Assembly (NCBI GenBank): GCA_965644315.1 | Contig: CBFFRQ010000154.1 | Coordinates: 1-28,220, forward strand | Length of the DNA: 28,220 nt | Direction: 5' to 3' | Origin: Caecitellus pseudoparvulus | Lineage: Eukaryota > Protista > Bigyra: Bicosoecida | Part shown: piece after piece, positions 1 through 8,224 of the stretch | How positions within the stretch are numbered: the stretch's first letter is position 1 | Layout of the letters: each line of letters opens with the position of its first letter | The notes under the pieces: model-generated | What the model saw: only the letters and a program-made list of their open reading frames with translations | What the model was told of the DNA's origin: nothing | Databases searched by the model: none | Position numbers and translations under genes: made by a program

Positions 1-322
1 TAACCCTAACCCTAACCCTAACCCTAACCCTAACCCTAACCCTAACCCTAACCCTAACCCTAACCCTAACCCTAACCCTAACCCTAACCCTAACCCTAAC
101 CCTAACCCTAACCCTAACCCTAACCCTAACCCTAACCCTAACCCTAACCCTAACCCTAACCCTAACCCTAACCCTAACGCTAACCCTAACCCTAACCCTA
201 ACCCTAACCCTAACCCTAACCCTAACCCTAACCCTAACCCTAACCCTAACCCTAACCCTAACCCTAACCCTAACCCTAACCCTAACCCTAACCCTAACCC
301 TAACCCTAACCCTAACCCTAAC
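1..322 (+). repeat. Telomeric repeat tract (TAACCC)n = (TTAGGG)n on the minus strand, ~53 units
   Basis: Perfect hexamer array from the window start, with one variant unit CGCTAA at 178-183. Cannot tell whether it is the physical end or an internal tract with more elements beyond the window. Confidence 0.98.
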
Positions 323-542
323 TTTCCAAATGTCAACCTAATCATAGGTTGTGCATTGCTAACAATGCCTAATCCAGGCGCTCGTGCACCCAAGTGTGGT
401 GTTGCACAGCGCTAGTGCATTGCATTGGGTGCGCGGGTGAGCAGCAGTGCGATTTCCGCACGCCACGCTCCCCACGCAGTGCTAAGTGCGGCTCCGGCTG
501 GACGCTGCACCACTGCTTGCCCGAAACCATTGCTTCATCATC

Positions 543-3500
543 ATGTCATCCAAGGCCAGCCAAGTCCTCGGCGTGCTCTTCGCGGACAAGTGCCTGGAGC
601 AGCGTGTGTCAGGGCGGCCACGAACAGGCGTGCTGACTGACATGTCACGCCGAGGGGCAGCCCGGACTTTCCAGCTCGGTGGCATGGACATTGACTGCAC
701 GGATGGCCAAGATGCATCATTTTTCGTCCGCAAGTGGCTTGGCATCTTCGGAGATGAGCTGGAGGCCGAGTTTCCTGGAGCTGCTCCTGTGATGGTGCGC
801 GCTAATTCCGCGCTGAAACAATCCGCACCAGGGCAGACCATTCTCCTTGTCACGCTGCCGAGTGACGGTGAAGGCCCCGCCATTGCCAAGTCCCTGCGCG
901 TTGCTGCTGCTGTGCGAGAAGACTTCATCATCATGTTGAAGGGGGGCGGCTCTGTGGGCGTGGTGTACTCCAACACGCGGCAGTTCACGTCAGAGCGCGC
1001 CAGGGTCAGCGTGATCGCCCCTCCCTCTGTAGTGAAGGTTGCTCAAAAGATCTCTGAGGCAGCAACCAACATTGCCTGTGAGAGTGGGGATGTGTCCAAG
1101 ATCTTGAAGCTTGTCCATGCCCATGTCACCAACACTCACTCCATCGCCAAGCGTGCTCCAAAGCCTGTCGGACACTCCGTCTCTCCAGAAGATGACGCCT
1201 CTGTCGACAAGCTGCCAAGCACACTGCCAAAGCCCCTTGCTGAAGGCGGTCCCAAGAAGAAGAAGACACGGAGGGGCAAACGCAAGCCATCGACAAAGAG
1301 CTCTCCTCCTCGGCGCTTTGCTGAACTGTTCAAGGAGGGCGTCGTGACTACTCGCCCCACAGCGCCCTCCCCTCCATCTGCACCCGCCGAGTCGTCAGGC
1401 CAAGCTGCTCCTTCCCCTGAACATGTCCCTCTTCCGTCCACCAGAGTCAAGCGCCCGACCTTCAGCAGATGGGACTCGCCCAGCCCACGCAAGAGACCTC
1501 CTCCCGTGTCCCCGACAGCTGCGGCACTATCGGGCAGCGGGGCACAGCCACCTCTTGCAAGTCCTGCAAACACGGCACCCACTACGCTGCTAAAACTTGC
1601 TGACTGCAGTCGCCGACCAGCACGGCTTGGACAGGCAAACCTTGACTTGGGTTCCCCCTTGCAGCAACTCCTCGCCTCTGCGCACGCGTTCCGCAATAAG
1701 GACCAACGACACTGTGTCCAGGCCTGCTTTGAAACAGCAGCAGGAGAGCCACTCTTCAATGACGATGACCTTGTCCTTCTTCAACACGCAGCCACCATCC
1801 AAGCGGCGCAGACATCCTTCTGTGCTGTGTTGAAGAAGAGCAGCGCGCGTCACCCTGGCACACCAGACTCGGAGGTCCATGCTGTCTGTGAAACAGAACC
1901 TTCCATGCCGACCACCGAGCAAGACAAGCTTGACCTCTTTCAATCGTTCCTGTACCGACATGCGCCTGATGATGCAGCACTCACCAGTGCCTGTCCACCT
2001 GTGCTCCTCCCTGGTCTTCATCTCTTGCTCACGCGTATCAACGAGGGCCATCGGGAACTTGAAGGCGGCACAGTGTCTGGACACTGCCTGGTTGATGTCA
2101 AGGCAGAGAAAGAGATGACCTCCGAGGCAAAAGTCTTTGCTGGGGTGTACTTCGCGTTTGCTCTCAGCTTGGTTGACACTGGAGGTGTCTCCCACCTTCA
2201 GCTCATTGTCGTCAACGCTGAGAAGTCCACACTTGTACTGTGGAACCCTGACGAACCCTTCAAGAGCACCAACATTCCAATCGACGGCTGCCTGAACACA
2301 CTCGACTCGATGGGCATTGAGTCTGTGTACCGTGTCTCATCCTCCCCGCTGAGTGGCAAGCCGATTCCCTTCAAAGACAGAGTGCGGCTGGCCATGCTGT
2401 CCCTCAGGTCTGACTTTCCCCCACTCCCGTTCGTAGCTGAGGACGAGACTGTCTACCCAAAGACTCTCATCACTGGCAAGACAACACGGGTGTACCTCCC
2501 TGTAGGCCGCACCACGCGCCAACAAGCAGCTGCCGATGAGAGAGCCAAGACGGTTGACCCCATACTGTCACTCATCCCAACATCTGTACAAGTCGCCGAC
2601 CAGATCAGTAGCGATGCACCCCATACCCCTGTCGGCCGCGGAAGACACATGACACTCGCACTTGCTGCTTGGAATGTGCACGGCTCCTGCGGCCAGTGTG
2701 TCCACGATGTCGTCACCTGTGTCCAGTCTGTGTGCAGTGCGTCGTCCATGTTGGCACTCTGTGTCACAGAGCCTGGGGGGCACGGCCTGCTCGACACGGA
2801 AGTCATGGGCCTTGAATGCTTCCGCCCAAGCCCGCCTGATCGGCCTGTCGGGCGGAGTGAGGTTGCCTTGCTGCTTGATCGAAGACTCAATGGCTCAGTG
2901 ATCCCGGGCCTCGACGTTGATGGTCGCTGCATAATTGCTTGCTCGATCCCTGCAAGCCCACAACCCATCGCCATCATAGCCACGTACGTACCCAACTGGC
3001 ACTCTTGGCAGCGAAAGAAGCCAGTCGCTGATCCGGACACGAAGCTTCCGTACCGGCAAGAGGTTTGGCGGCAGCTTGAGTCTGCTGTTCAACAGCTCCG
3101 CCTCACCCACATGATTGTCATCATGGGTGACTTGAACACTCATCCAGGTGACGAAGGGGTAGGCACGTGGGGAGCAGATCACTGGGAGAACCGGACCGGC
3201 ATTCCCGAGCCCACTGAAGACATCCTGCAGATGCAGCTCCTCTGCGAGCAAGGCCCACTGATCCCAGCCGGACTTGGTGGCCTGCCAACGCACAGGTATG
3301 GTCGGGCTCTGGACCACATCCTGATGACTGAGGACCTCCACAGTATGTTGAGCAGACCACTGCACATCACAACAACGTTCTCCAGCGGGACGAAAAAGAG
3401 TGCCGCTCGACTAGTCCTCAGTGACCATCATCTTGTTGCAGCAGAAGTCCGAGTGAAGCCTGCCAAGCGAGTGTGGACATCATCCAAGAGCCCCCATGTA

Positions 3501-6500
3501 CAGGCGGTGCCACCCTGGTGGACCTCAGCGACAGAGGCTGGGCTGGCAGCGCAAGCGATGTTTCGAGGATCCCTCAGCTCGCGGGCCACCGCGCTCCAGA
3601 CAGGCAGCGCCGCCCCGAGCCTATCCTTTCTCAACGGTGCTATCGAAGCTGCGGCTATGGACACACATCGCAAGGCCAAGACCCCACGTGACCCTCTGCC
3701 CCAGCTGAAGATGGACATCAAGGCGGCCAGCGGGCTCAAGAAGTCCATGACTGCACGCGTGTCCAAGCTGCGGAAGACCATTGCCAAGCTGCACCGGAAG
3801 CTCGCACTTGCCACCGGTCGGCATCCTCAGCCAGACCACGCCCGTGCCATCCGAGAGGGAATCTCCATGGCCACTGAAGAGCTACACGCCACGCTTCAAT
3901 GCCGCAAGGATGCAATGCGGAAGTGCACGAGGCTTGTGAAGAAGAAGCGACATGTCACTCTGTCCAGGATCCGAGCACGCTTGAGGGAACTCGCTGTCAC
4001 GGATCCCTTCACTGCCCACCAACACATCAAGCGCCTGTCAGGTCGAGGTCGTCGAGCCCGTCGAGCTCCCATCAGGTCCGTGAAGTCCATGCAGGGAGTG
4101 CTCATCTCCTCCCCTGATCTGGTGAAGGAGGAGGTTGCCAAGCAGATGTCTGGCATCCTGAGTCACAACAAGCCCAGGCCAACATCGCTGAAGTACGGGC
4201 TGGCAAGGTTCCTTCCCTCAGCCCAAGAGTCCTTCACCCCGCCAGTGACATGGCTTCCCTCCAAGAAGCAAGTCAAAGTCCTCATGGGATCACTCAGCTT
4301 GCATCGACACCCAGGCTCTGGCAAGTTCCAATCAGAGCACATCAAGTATGCTGGGCCAGGCTTCCAAGACATCTACTCCCAAGCCGTCATCCAAGCGTTG
4401 CAACACGGCACCTGCCCGCCAGACTACCATGCAGGCATTGGGTCACTCATCCCCAAGAAGACGAGTGAAGCTGGGCGGCCTCGCACATACCGCTTGATTG
4501 TATGCCGCCCCCCTCCTGCGAAGCTCTTCTTCTCAGTGGCCGCTGCATGCCTGGAGTCCTGGATGCAAACATGGGTGTCGAAGGAGCAGGCTGGCTTCAC
4601 TCGACACCGCAACACGCATGAGCACATCTTGGCTCTCCAAGAGGTGATCAAGGGCCACCTGCGACAGTCAACAGCGCCAGTGCAAGTCCTGGTACTCTTC
4701 GTGGACTTCCGGGGAGCATTCGACTCTGTGAGCCACGCAGCCATCACAGAGATCCTTGAGGCTGCCTCCCTCCCTGCGCCACTCCTGGCCGTCATCAAGG
4801 AGTACATGTCCAAGGCGACGGTCTCCATCAACACGCGCCATGGTCTTTGTCGCCCCCTTCCTGTCAGCAATGGTGTCCCCCAAGGAGGAGCTCTGTCCCC
4901 CCTCCTCTTCAAGGTTGCGATAGATGTGCTGTCGCAAAGGCTCCACGAGATGCCCCTCCAAGGCATCCAGGGAGTGGGCATCCCAACACCAGCAGGCCAT
5001 GTCACCCACACCCTGTATGCAGACGACCTGGCCTGCATCGCAACGTCTGCCACGGCCTTGCACCGAATCTTCGTAGAGGTGAAGGCCATCGCTGCCCGGG
5101 TTGGCCTTGCCATCAACCCGTCGAAGTCCGGGGTCATGATCCTTGCCAACTCCGTGCGAGGCAGCCGGACACCAGTCAGTGAAAGGAAGAAGTTGGTGTG
5201 GCGCTCGGCTGCCCTCAAAGCGGGCAGCATGCTGAAGGTTGGCACCAAGTCCATCCAACGGGTGGCCGAGTACACCTACTTGGGTGTGCCGATGTCCGAA
5301 CATCCTGCCAAGACCCGTGCACTTACCCTGCAACAAGCTGGGCTTGCTTGCATCCAAGCCGGGTTCACTGCGGGCGCGCTGCTCAGTGCCACCTGGCTCG
5401 ATGTGCAGCAGCGGCACCTGGTTGGGTATGCCACTGTCACGTCAGCCGCCGACTACATGCTGTCCACCCAAGCCAACAGTTCCCTGCTTCCGCTGCGCGA
5501 TGTTGACCGCGGCGTCGCCCTCGCCTTGGACAGGACCCAAGTCGGCTCGCAGAGTGCACTCATGCGCCCCCACAGCTACGCCAAGCTGGCTCTATGCGGA
5601 GTCCTGCCTGCCCACATCCGCTCCACGCAACTGCGGACTGGGATGTTTGTCAAGGCTCTCCGGATGCTGCACTCGGACACCCCTCTTGCCCGAGCTCTGT
5701 GCCTGACCATCCCGCAGGCCCTTGACCTTATGCCTGCTTCGATGTCGACGACCTTCATCGTCGACACCATTGCTGATGGAGGTCGACTCCGGGCTGCCAG
5801 TGTCCCTGCTCCGTGGGCACTGCATGCCCTCTTGGACCTCTGGCTCATGGGCTGCATGCCAGACCTTGCACAGCTTCGGCTTGCATGTGCACCTGGCTCT
5901 GAGCATGCTGCCACAGCCCTTGCCCAAGTCCTTGCCGGACTTAAGACCACCCCGGGCCTCCACAGGTCTGCGGTGGTTGGGGTGGCTGCCAGCGAGACGT
6001 CGTCCATGGCCGAACCCCCGGCCTTCACGGCAGACACCCCCTGGGCCCTGCGTCGCCAAGTCCTCGCGTCGTATCTTCATGTAGCCCAGGCAGTGCCGAG
6101 TGCAGCTGCCCACTACACCACCGACAGCCGAATCCCCCAAGTGCAGAAGCCCAGGCCGTATCATCTTGGGCCTGGTGCGCAGCACTTCGTGTGGCTACAT
6201 CCACTGCCACACGGGGTGAACCCCCTCTTCTGGGTCTGTCCTGATGACAGGCCCACCAGAGTGATGGTCCATCACTTCCAGACCTTACAGCTTCTTCATG
6301 GGGGGGACAGTGCCACTCTGTACGAGTGCTGTCCGATTTGCGGACTCAACACCGATGTACAGCTGCACGTGCACATCCTGCTGCACTGCACCCACCACGA
6401 ACTCACCATGGCACGCCAACACACGATGACCAAGTTCAGAGAACTGGCCAACAGGTCAGCTGTGCCCGAGTCCGCGGCGGGCCAAGTGCAGTGCCTGCCC

Positions 6501-7109
6501 ATCCCCCCCAAGATCTGCCACGCCCTCCTTCGTGCCCCCGACCCAGAGCCGCGAAGCCTGCGGGACCTCGAGGTCCTCCACAGGCTCCTGCTCTGCGGGC
6601 AGTGGCCTCACCGGTGGGGGCTGGCCGACGAAGAGCAGCTTGTCTCTATGAAAGAGGCGGCTGTCCTCTCCCACCCCCACCTCGTCCACCGTGCTGGTCC
6701 TTGCCGTGTCCGTGCCCCAGCTGTATGGCAAGACATCCTGCGCAGCGCGGTTGAGTTCACAGCAAAGGCGTGGCGGGTCACAGTCACTTACATGTTGCGT
6801 ATGACCGATGCCCACCACCTTGCTGTCCAGAGGCATGCTGAGTACCTGTGGTGGGCAGTACATGGGCGCGGGGCGCCGCTGCCTGGCCGCACGCAGCCAG
6901 TGCGGTCAGCGGCCACGCGGCACACGCGCAGGCCCCGCACTCGCCGCAGGGCACGCACCTTTTTCCCTGCCAAGGCTGGCCAAGTGCCGTCCACGGAGGG
7001 CAAGGTCCAGAGGACGCTGCAGCACTTCATGGGGCCTCAGCCAGCCCATGCAGACACTGATGGTGAGGGGGAAGGGCCCGATGGTTCCTGTGAAGAGAGC
7101 GAGGAGTAA
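543..7109 (+). CDS. Retrotransposon polyprotein (~2188 aa): N-terminal module, APE endonuclease, reverse transcriptase, CCHC zinc finger
   Basis: The ORF track starts at GTG 486; the first ATG (543, MSSKASQVLGVLF) aligns with the partner's MNAQVDQVLGVLF. APE motifs: WNVHG (2670), VTE, YVP, GDLN, LDHI, SDH (3420). RT motifs: IPKK, YRLI, QAGF, DFRGAFDSV, GVPQGGALSPLLF, YADD (5016-5027), INPSKS, YLG. CPIC-x10-H-x4-C at 6330-6389. Confidence 0.95.
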   Translation: MSSKASQVLGVLFADKCLEQRVSGRPRTGVLTDMSRRGAARTFQLGGMDIDCTDGQDASFFVRKWLGIFGDELEAEFPGAAPVMVRANSALKQSAPGQTILLVTLPSDGEGPAIAKSLRVAAAVREDFIIMLKGGGSVGVVYSNTRQFTSERARVSVIAPPSVVKVAQKISEAATNIACESGDVSKILKLVHAHVTNTHSIAKRAPKPVGHSVSPEDDASVDKLPSTLPKPLAEGGPKKKKTRRGKRKPSTKSSPPRRFAELFKEGVVTTRPTAPSPPSAPAESSGQAAPSPEHVPLPSTRVKRPTFSRWDSPSPRKRPPPVSPTAAALSGSGAQPPLASPANTAPTTLLKLADCSRRPARLGQANLDLGSPLQQLLASAHAFRNKDQRHCVQACFETAAGEPLFNDDDLVLLQHAATIQAAQTSFCAVLKKSSARHPGTPDSEVHAVCETEPSMPTTEQDKLDLFQSFLYRHAPDDAALTSACPPVLLPGLHLLLTRINEGHRELEGGTVSGHCLVDVKAEKEMTSEAKVFAGVYFAFALSLVDTGGVSHLQLIVVNAEKSTLVLWNPDEPFKSTNIPIDGCLNTLDSMGIESVYRVSSSPLSGKPIPFKDRVRLAMLSLRSDFPPLPFVAEDETVYPKTLITGKTTRVYLPVGRTTRQQAAADERAKTVDPILSLIPTSVQVADQISSDAPHTPVGRGRHMTLALAAWNVHGSCGQCVHDVVTCVQSVCSASSMLALCVTEPGGHGLLDTEVMGLECFRPSPPDRPVGRSEVALLLDRRLNGSVIPGLDVDGRCIIACSIPASPQPIAIIATYVPNWHSWQRKKPVADPDTKLPYRQEVWRQLESAVQQLRLTHMIVIMGDLNTHPGDEGVGTWGADHWENRTGIPEPTEDILQMQLLCEQGPLIPAGLGGLPTHRYGRALDHILMTEDLHSMLSRPLHITTTFSSGTKKSAARLVLSDHHLVAAEVRVKPAKRVWTSSKSPHVQAVPPWWTSATEAGLAAQAMFRGSLSSRATALQTGSAAPSLSFLNGAIEAAAMDTHRKAKTPRDPLPQLKMDIKAASGLKKSMTARVSKLRKTIAKLHRKLALATGRHPQPDHARAIREGISMATEELHATLQCRKDAMRKCTRLVKKKRHVTLSRIRARLRELAVTDPFTAHQHIKRLSGRGRRARRAPIRSVKSMQGVLISSPDLVKEEVAKQMSGILSHNKPRPTSLKYGLARFLPSAQESFTPPVTWLPSKKQVKVLMGSLSLHRHPGSGKFQSEHIKYAGPGFQDIYSQAVIQALQHGTCPPDYHAGIGSLIPKKTSEAGRPRTYRLIVCRPPPAKLFFSVAAACLESWMQTWVSKEQAGFTRHRNTHEHILALQEVIKGHLRQSTAPVQVLVLFVDFRGAFDSVSHAAITEILEAASLPAPLLAVIKEYMSKATVSINTRHGLCRPLPVSNGVPQGGALSPLLFKVAIDVLSQRLHEMPLQGIQGVGIPTPAGHVTHTLYADDLACIATSATALHRIFVEVKAIAARVGLAINPSKSGVMILANSVRGSRTPVSERKKLVWRSAALKAGSMLKVGTKSIQRVAEYTYLGVPMSEHPAKTRALTLQQAGLACIQAGFTAGALLSATWLDVQQRHLVGYATVTSAADYMLSTQANSSLLPLRDVDRGVALALDRTQVGSQSALMRPHSYAKLALCGVLPAHIRSTQLRTGMFVKALRMLHSDTPLARALCLTIPQALDLMPASMSTTFIVDTIADGGRLRAASVPAPWALHALLDLWLMGCMPDLAQLRLACAPGSEHAATALAQVLAGLKTTPGLHRSAVVGVAASETSSMAEPPAFTADTPWALRRQVLASYLHVAQAVPSAAAHYTTDSRIPQVQKPRPYHLGPGAQHFVWLHPLPHGVNPLFWVCPDDRPTRVMVHHFQTLQLLHGGDSATLYECCPICGLNTDVQLHVHILLHCTHHELTMARQHTMTKFRELANRSAVPESAAGQVQCLPIPPKICHALLRAPDPEPRSLRDLEVLHRLLLCGQWPHRWGLADEEQLVSMKEAAVLSHPHLVHRAGPCRVRAPAVWQDILRSAVEFTAKAWRVTVTYMLRMTDAHHLAVQRHAEYLWWAVHGRGAPLPGRTQPVRSAATRHTRRPRTRRRARTFFPAKAGQVPSTEGKVQRTLQHFMGPQPAHADTDGEGEGPDGSCEESEE

Positions 7110-7930
7110 GGCGGAACGCAGGCGTGCGGGCGGGGAGTGGAACAGCCACGCTTGTGGCCGCGTCTACCCTCCACGAGTGTCCTGACGTGATGAACCTGTG
7201 TGAAGCGTGGTGATAACCACGGTAGCCCGAAGCAGATGCCCAAGACCTTACCTTTTACTTACTACATAGCCTGCGAGTAGCAGTGGAGTGAGCGGGAGCG
7301 TGCCTCGGGCCGCGGCGCGTGTGCAGCCGCAGTGCTGCACGGCCGCGGCCCGGATGGCGGCTGACGATGAAGCAAGCTCACTCACCACGAAACCAGGGCG
7401 TGACGGGTTGAAGAAGAAGGTCCTTTTCCTTTCTGTATCCCCCTTGATGCGCGCGATGCGCTCTGTGGCGCGGGCGCGTGTGTGCGCACGGGTGCTGGTG
7501 TGCGCGATCGAATTCCGCACCACGCACCCGGCCGAGTTCCCGCGCAGAGGCGGAGCACACACCTCATGAAGGGCGCAGAGAGGCCTATGAGGGCCACAGA
7601 GGAGGTGGGTGAGGAATTTGGATTATGATCTGTTGTCAAGACTGCGCGGATGCCTGGGTGTGCTCTGGTGTGCCCCAGGTGTCTGGCGCTGGCGGAGCAA
7701 GGGATGAAGTGTAGCGGAGGAGGGCCAAGATGATGAATTGGAGCGGGCAGGGACCTGCCCTAGCAAGTGGCGGCAGATATAACGGGTGCAAGCCTGTGTT
7801 TGTTGCGAATCCGCGCCAAGCGGTAGCCGCTGTGGCGTCCTACATGTGCAGAGGTGCATTGTGGGGCGCCCGTGTGACGCTCAAGCTGTACGGTGCCAAG
7901 CTGTGCCGAGGTGAAATGCATTGTGAGTTG
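7110..7930 (+). other. ~820-nt structured 3' UTR of the autonomous element, no poly(A)
   Basis: Non-coding, repeated at 17244-18064; GC-rich hairpins at 7306-7352 and ~7461-7549; runs directly into CTAACC repeats. Confidence 0.8.
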
Positions 7931-8001
7931 CTAACCCTAACCCTAACCCTAACCCTAACCCTAACCCTAACCCTAACCCTAACCCTAACCCTAACCCTAA
8001 C
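7931..8001 (+). repeat. Interstitial telomeric spacer, ~12 CTAACC units
   Basis: Perfect repeats between the 3' end of copy 1 and the 5' end of the partner. Confidence 0.97.
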
Positions 8002-8224
8002 TTTCCAAATGTCAAGCTAATCACAAGTTGTGAAGTGCTAACATTGCCTAATCCAGGCGCTCGTGCACCCAAGTGTGGTGTTGCACAGTGCTTGCTGGTT
8101 GGGTGGTGCGCACCGGGGCGGGGTAGTGCGAATTCCGCACACCATCGCACCGTGGCTCCCAGTTTGCGCCCTCGGTCGGGGCATGCACCTGGGATCGACA
8201 TCAAAAGCATCATTGACAAGCATC

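Larger units (their letters stand above)
323..7930 (+). mobile_element. Full-length autonomous telomere-associated non-LTR retrotransposon (APE-type LINE), copy 1
   Basis: Flanked on both sides by CCCTAA repeats; one long APE+RT ORF; 5' end (C)TTTCCAAATGTCAA shared with the partner at 8001; 3' end AATGCATTGTGAGTTG identical to copy 2 at 18064. Boundaries are ambiguous by a few nt because the ends merge with the repeats. Confidence 0.95.

Noticed and set aside
178-183. Variant telomeric unit CGCTAA, the same hexamer as the copy 2 truncation site
   Set aside because: A single substitution; telomerase error, sequencing error or chance is sufficient.
323-500. HDV-like ribozyme at the 5' end (GCTAA motifs)
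   Set aside because: No nested double pseudoknot or L3 consensus found by eye; left as untested structured RNA.
6390-6800. Restriction-like endonuclease after the CCHC finger (Dualen-like dual endonuclease)
   Set aside because: Only a lone PD (RAPDPE); no RHN or PD-(D/E)xK pattern evident. A profile search would be needed to exclude it fully.
7361-7430. Hammerhead ribozyme suggested by CTGACGA...CGAAA in the 3' UTR
   Set aside because: Could not build convincing stems I-III or a correctly placed NUH cleavage site.
7730-8219. ORFs with (LT)n and (LG)n runs
   Set aside because: Simple translations of the telomeric spacer.
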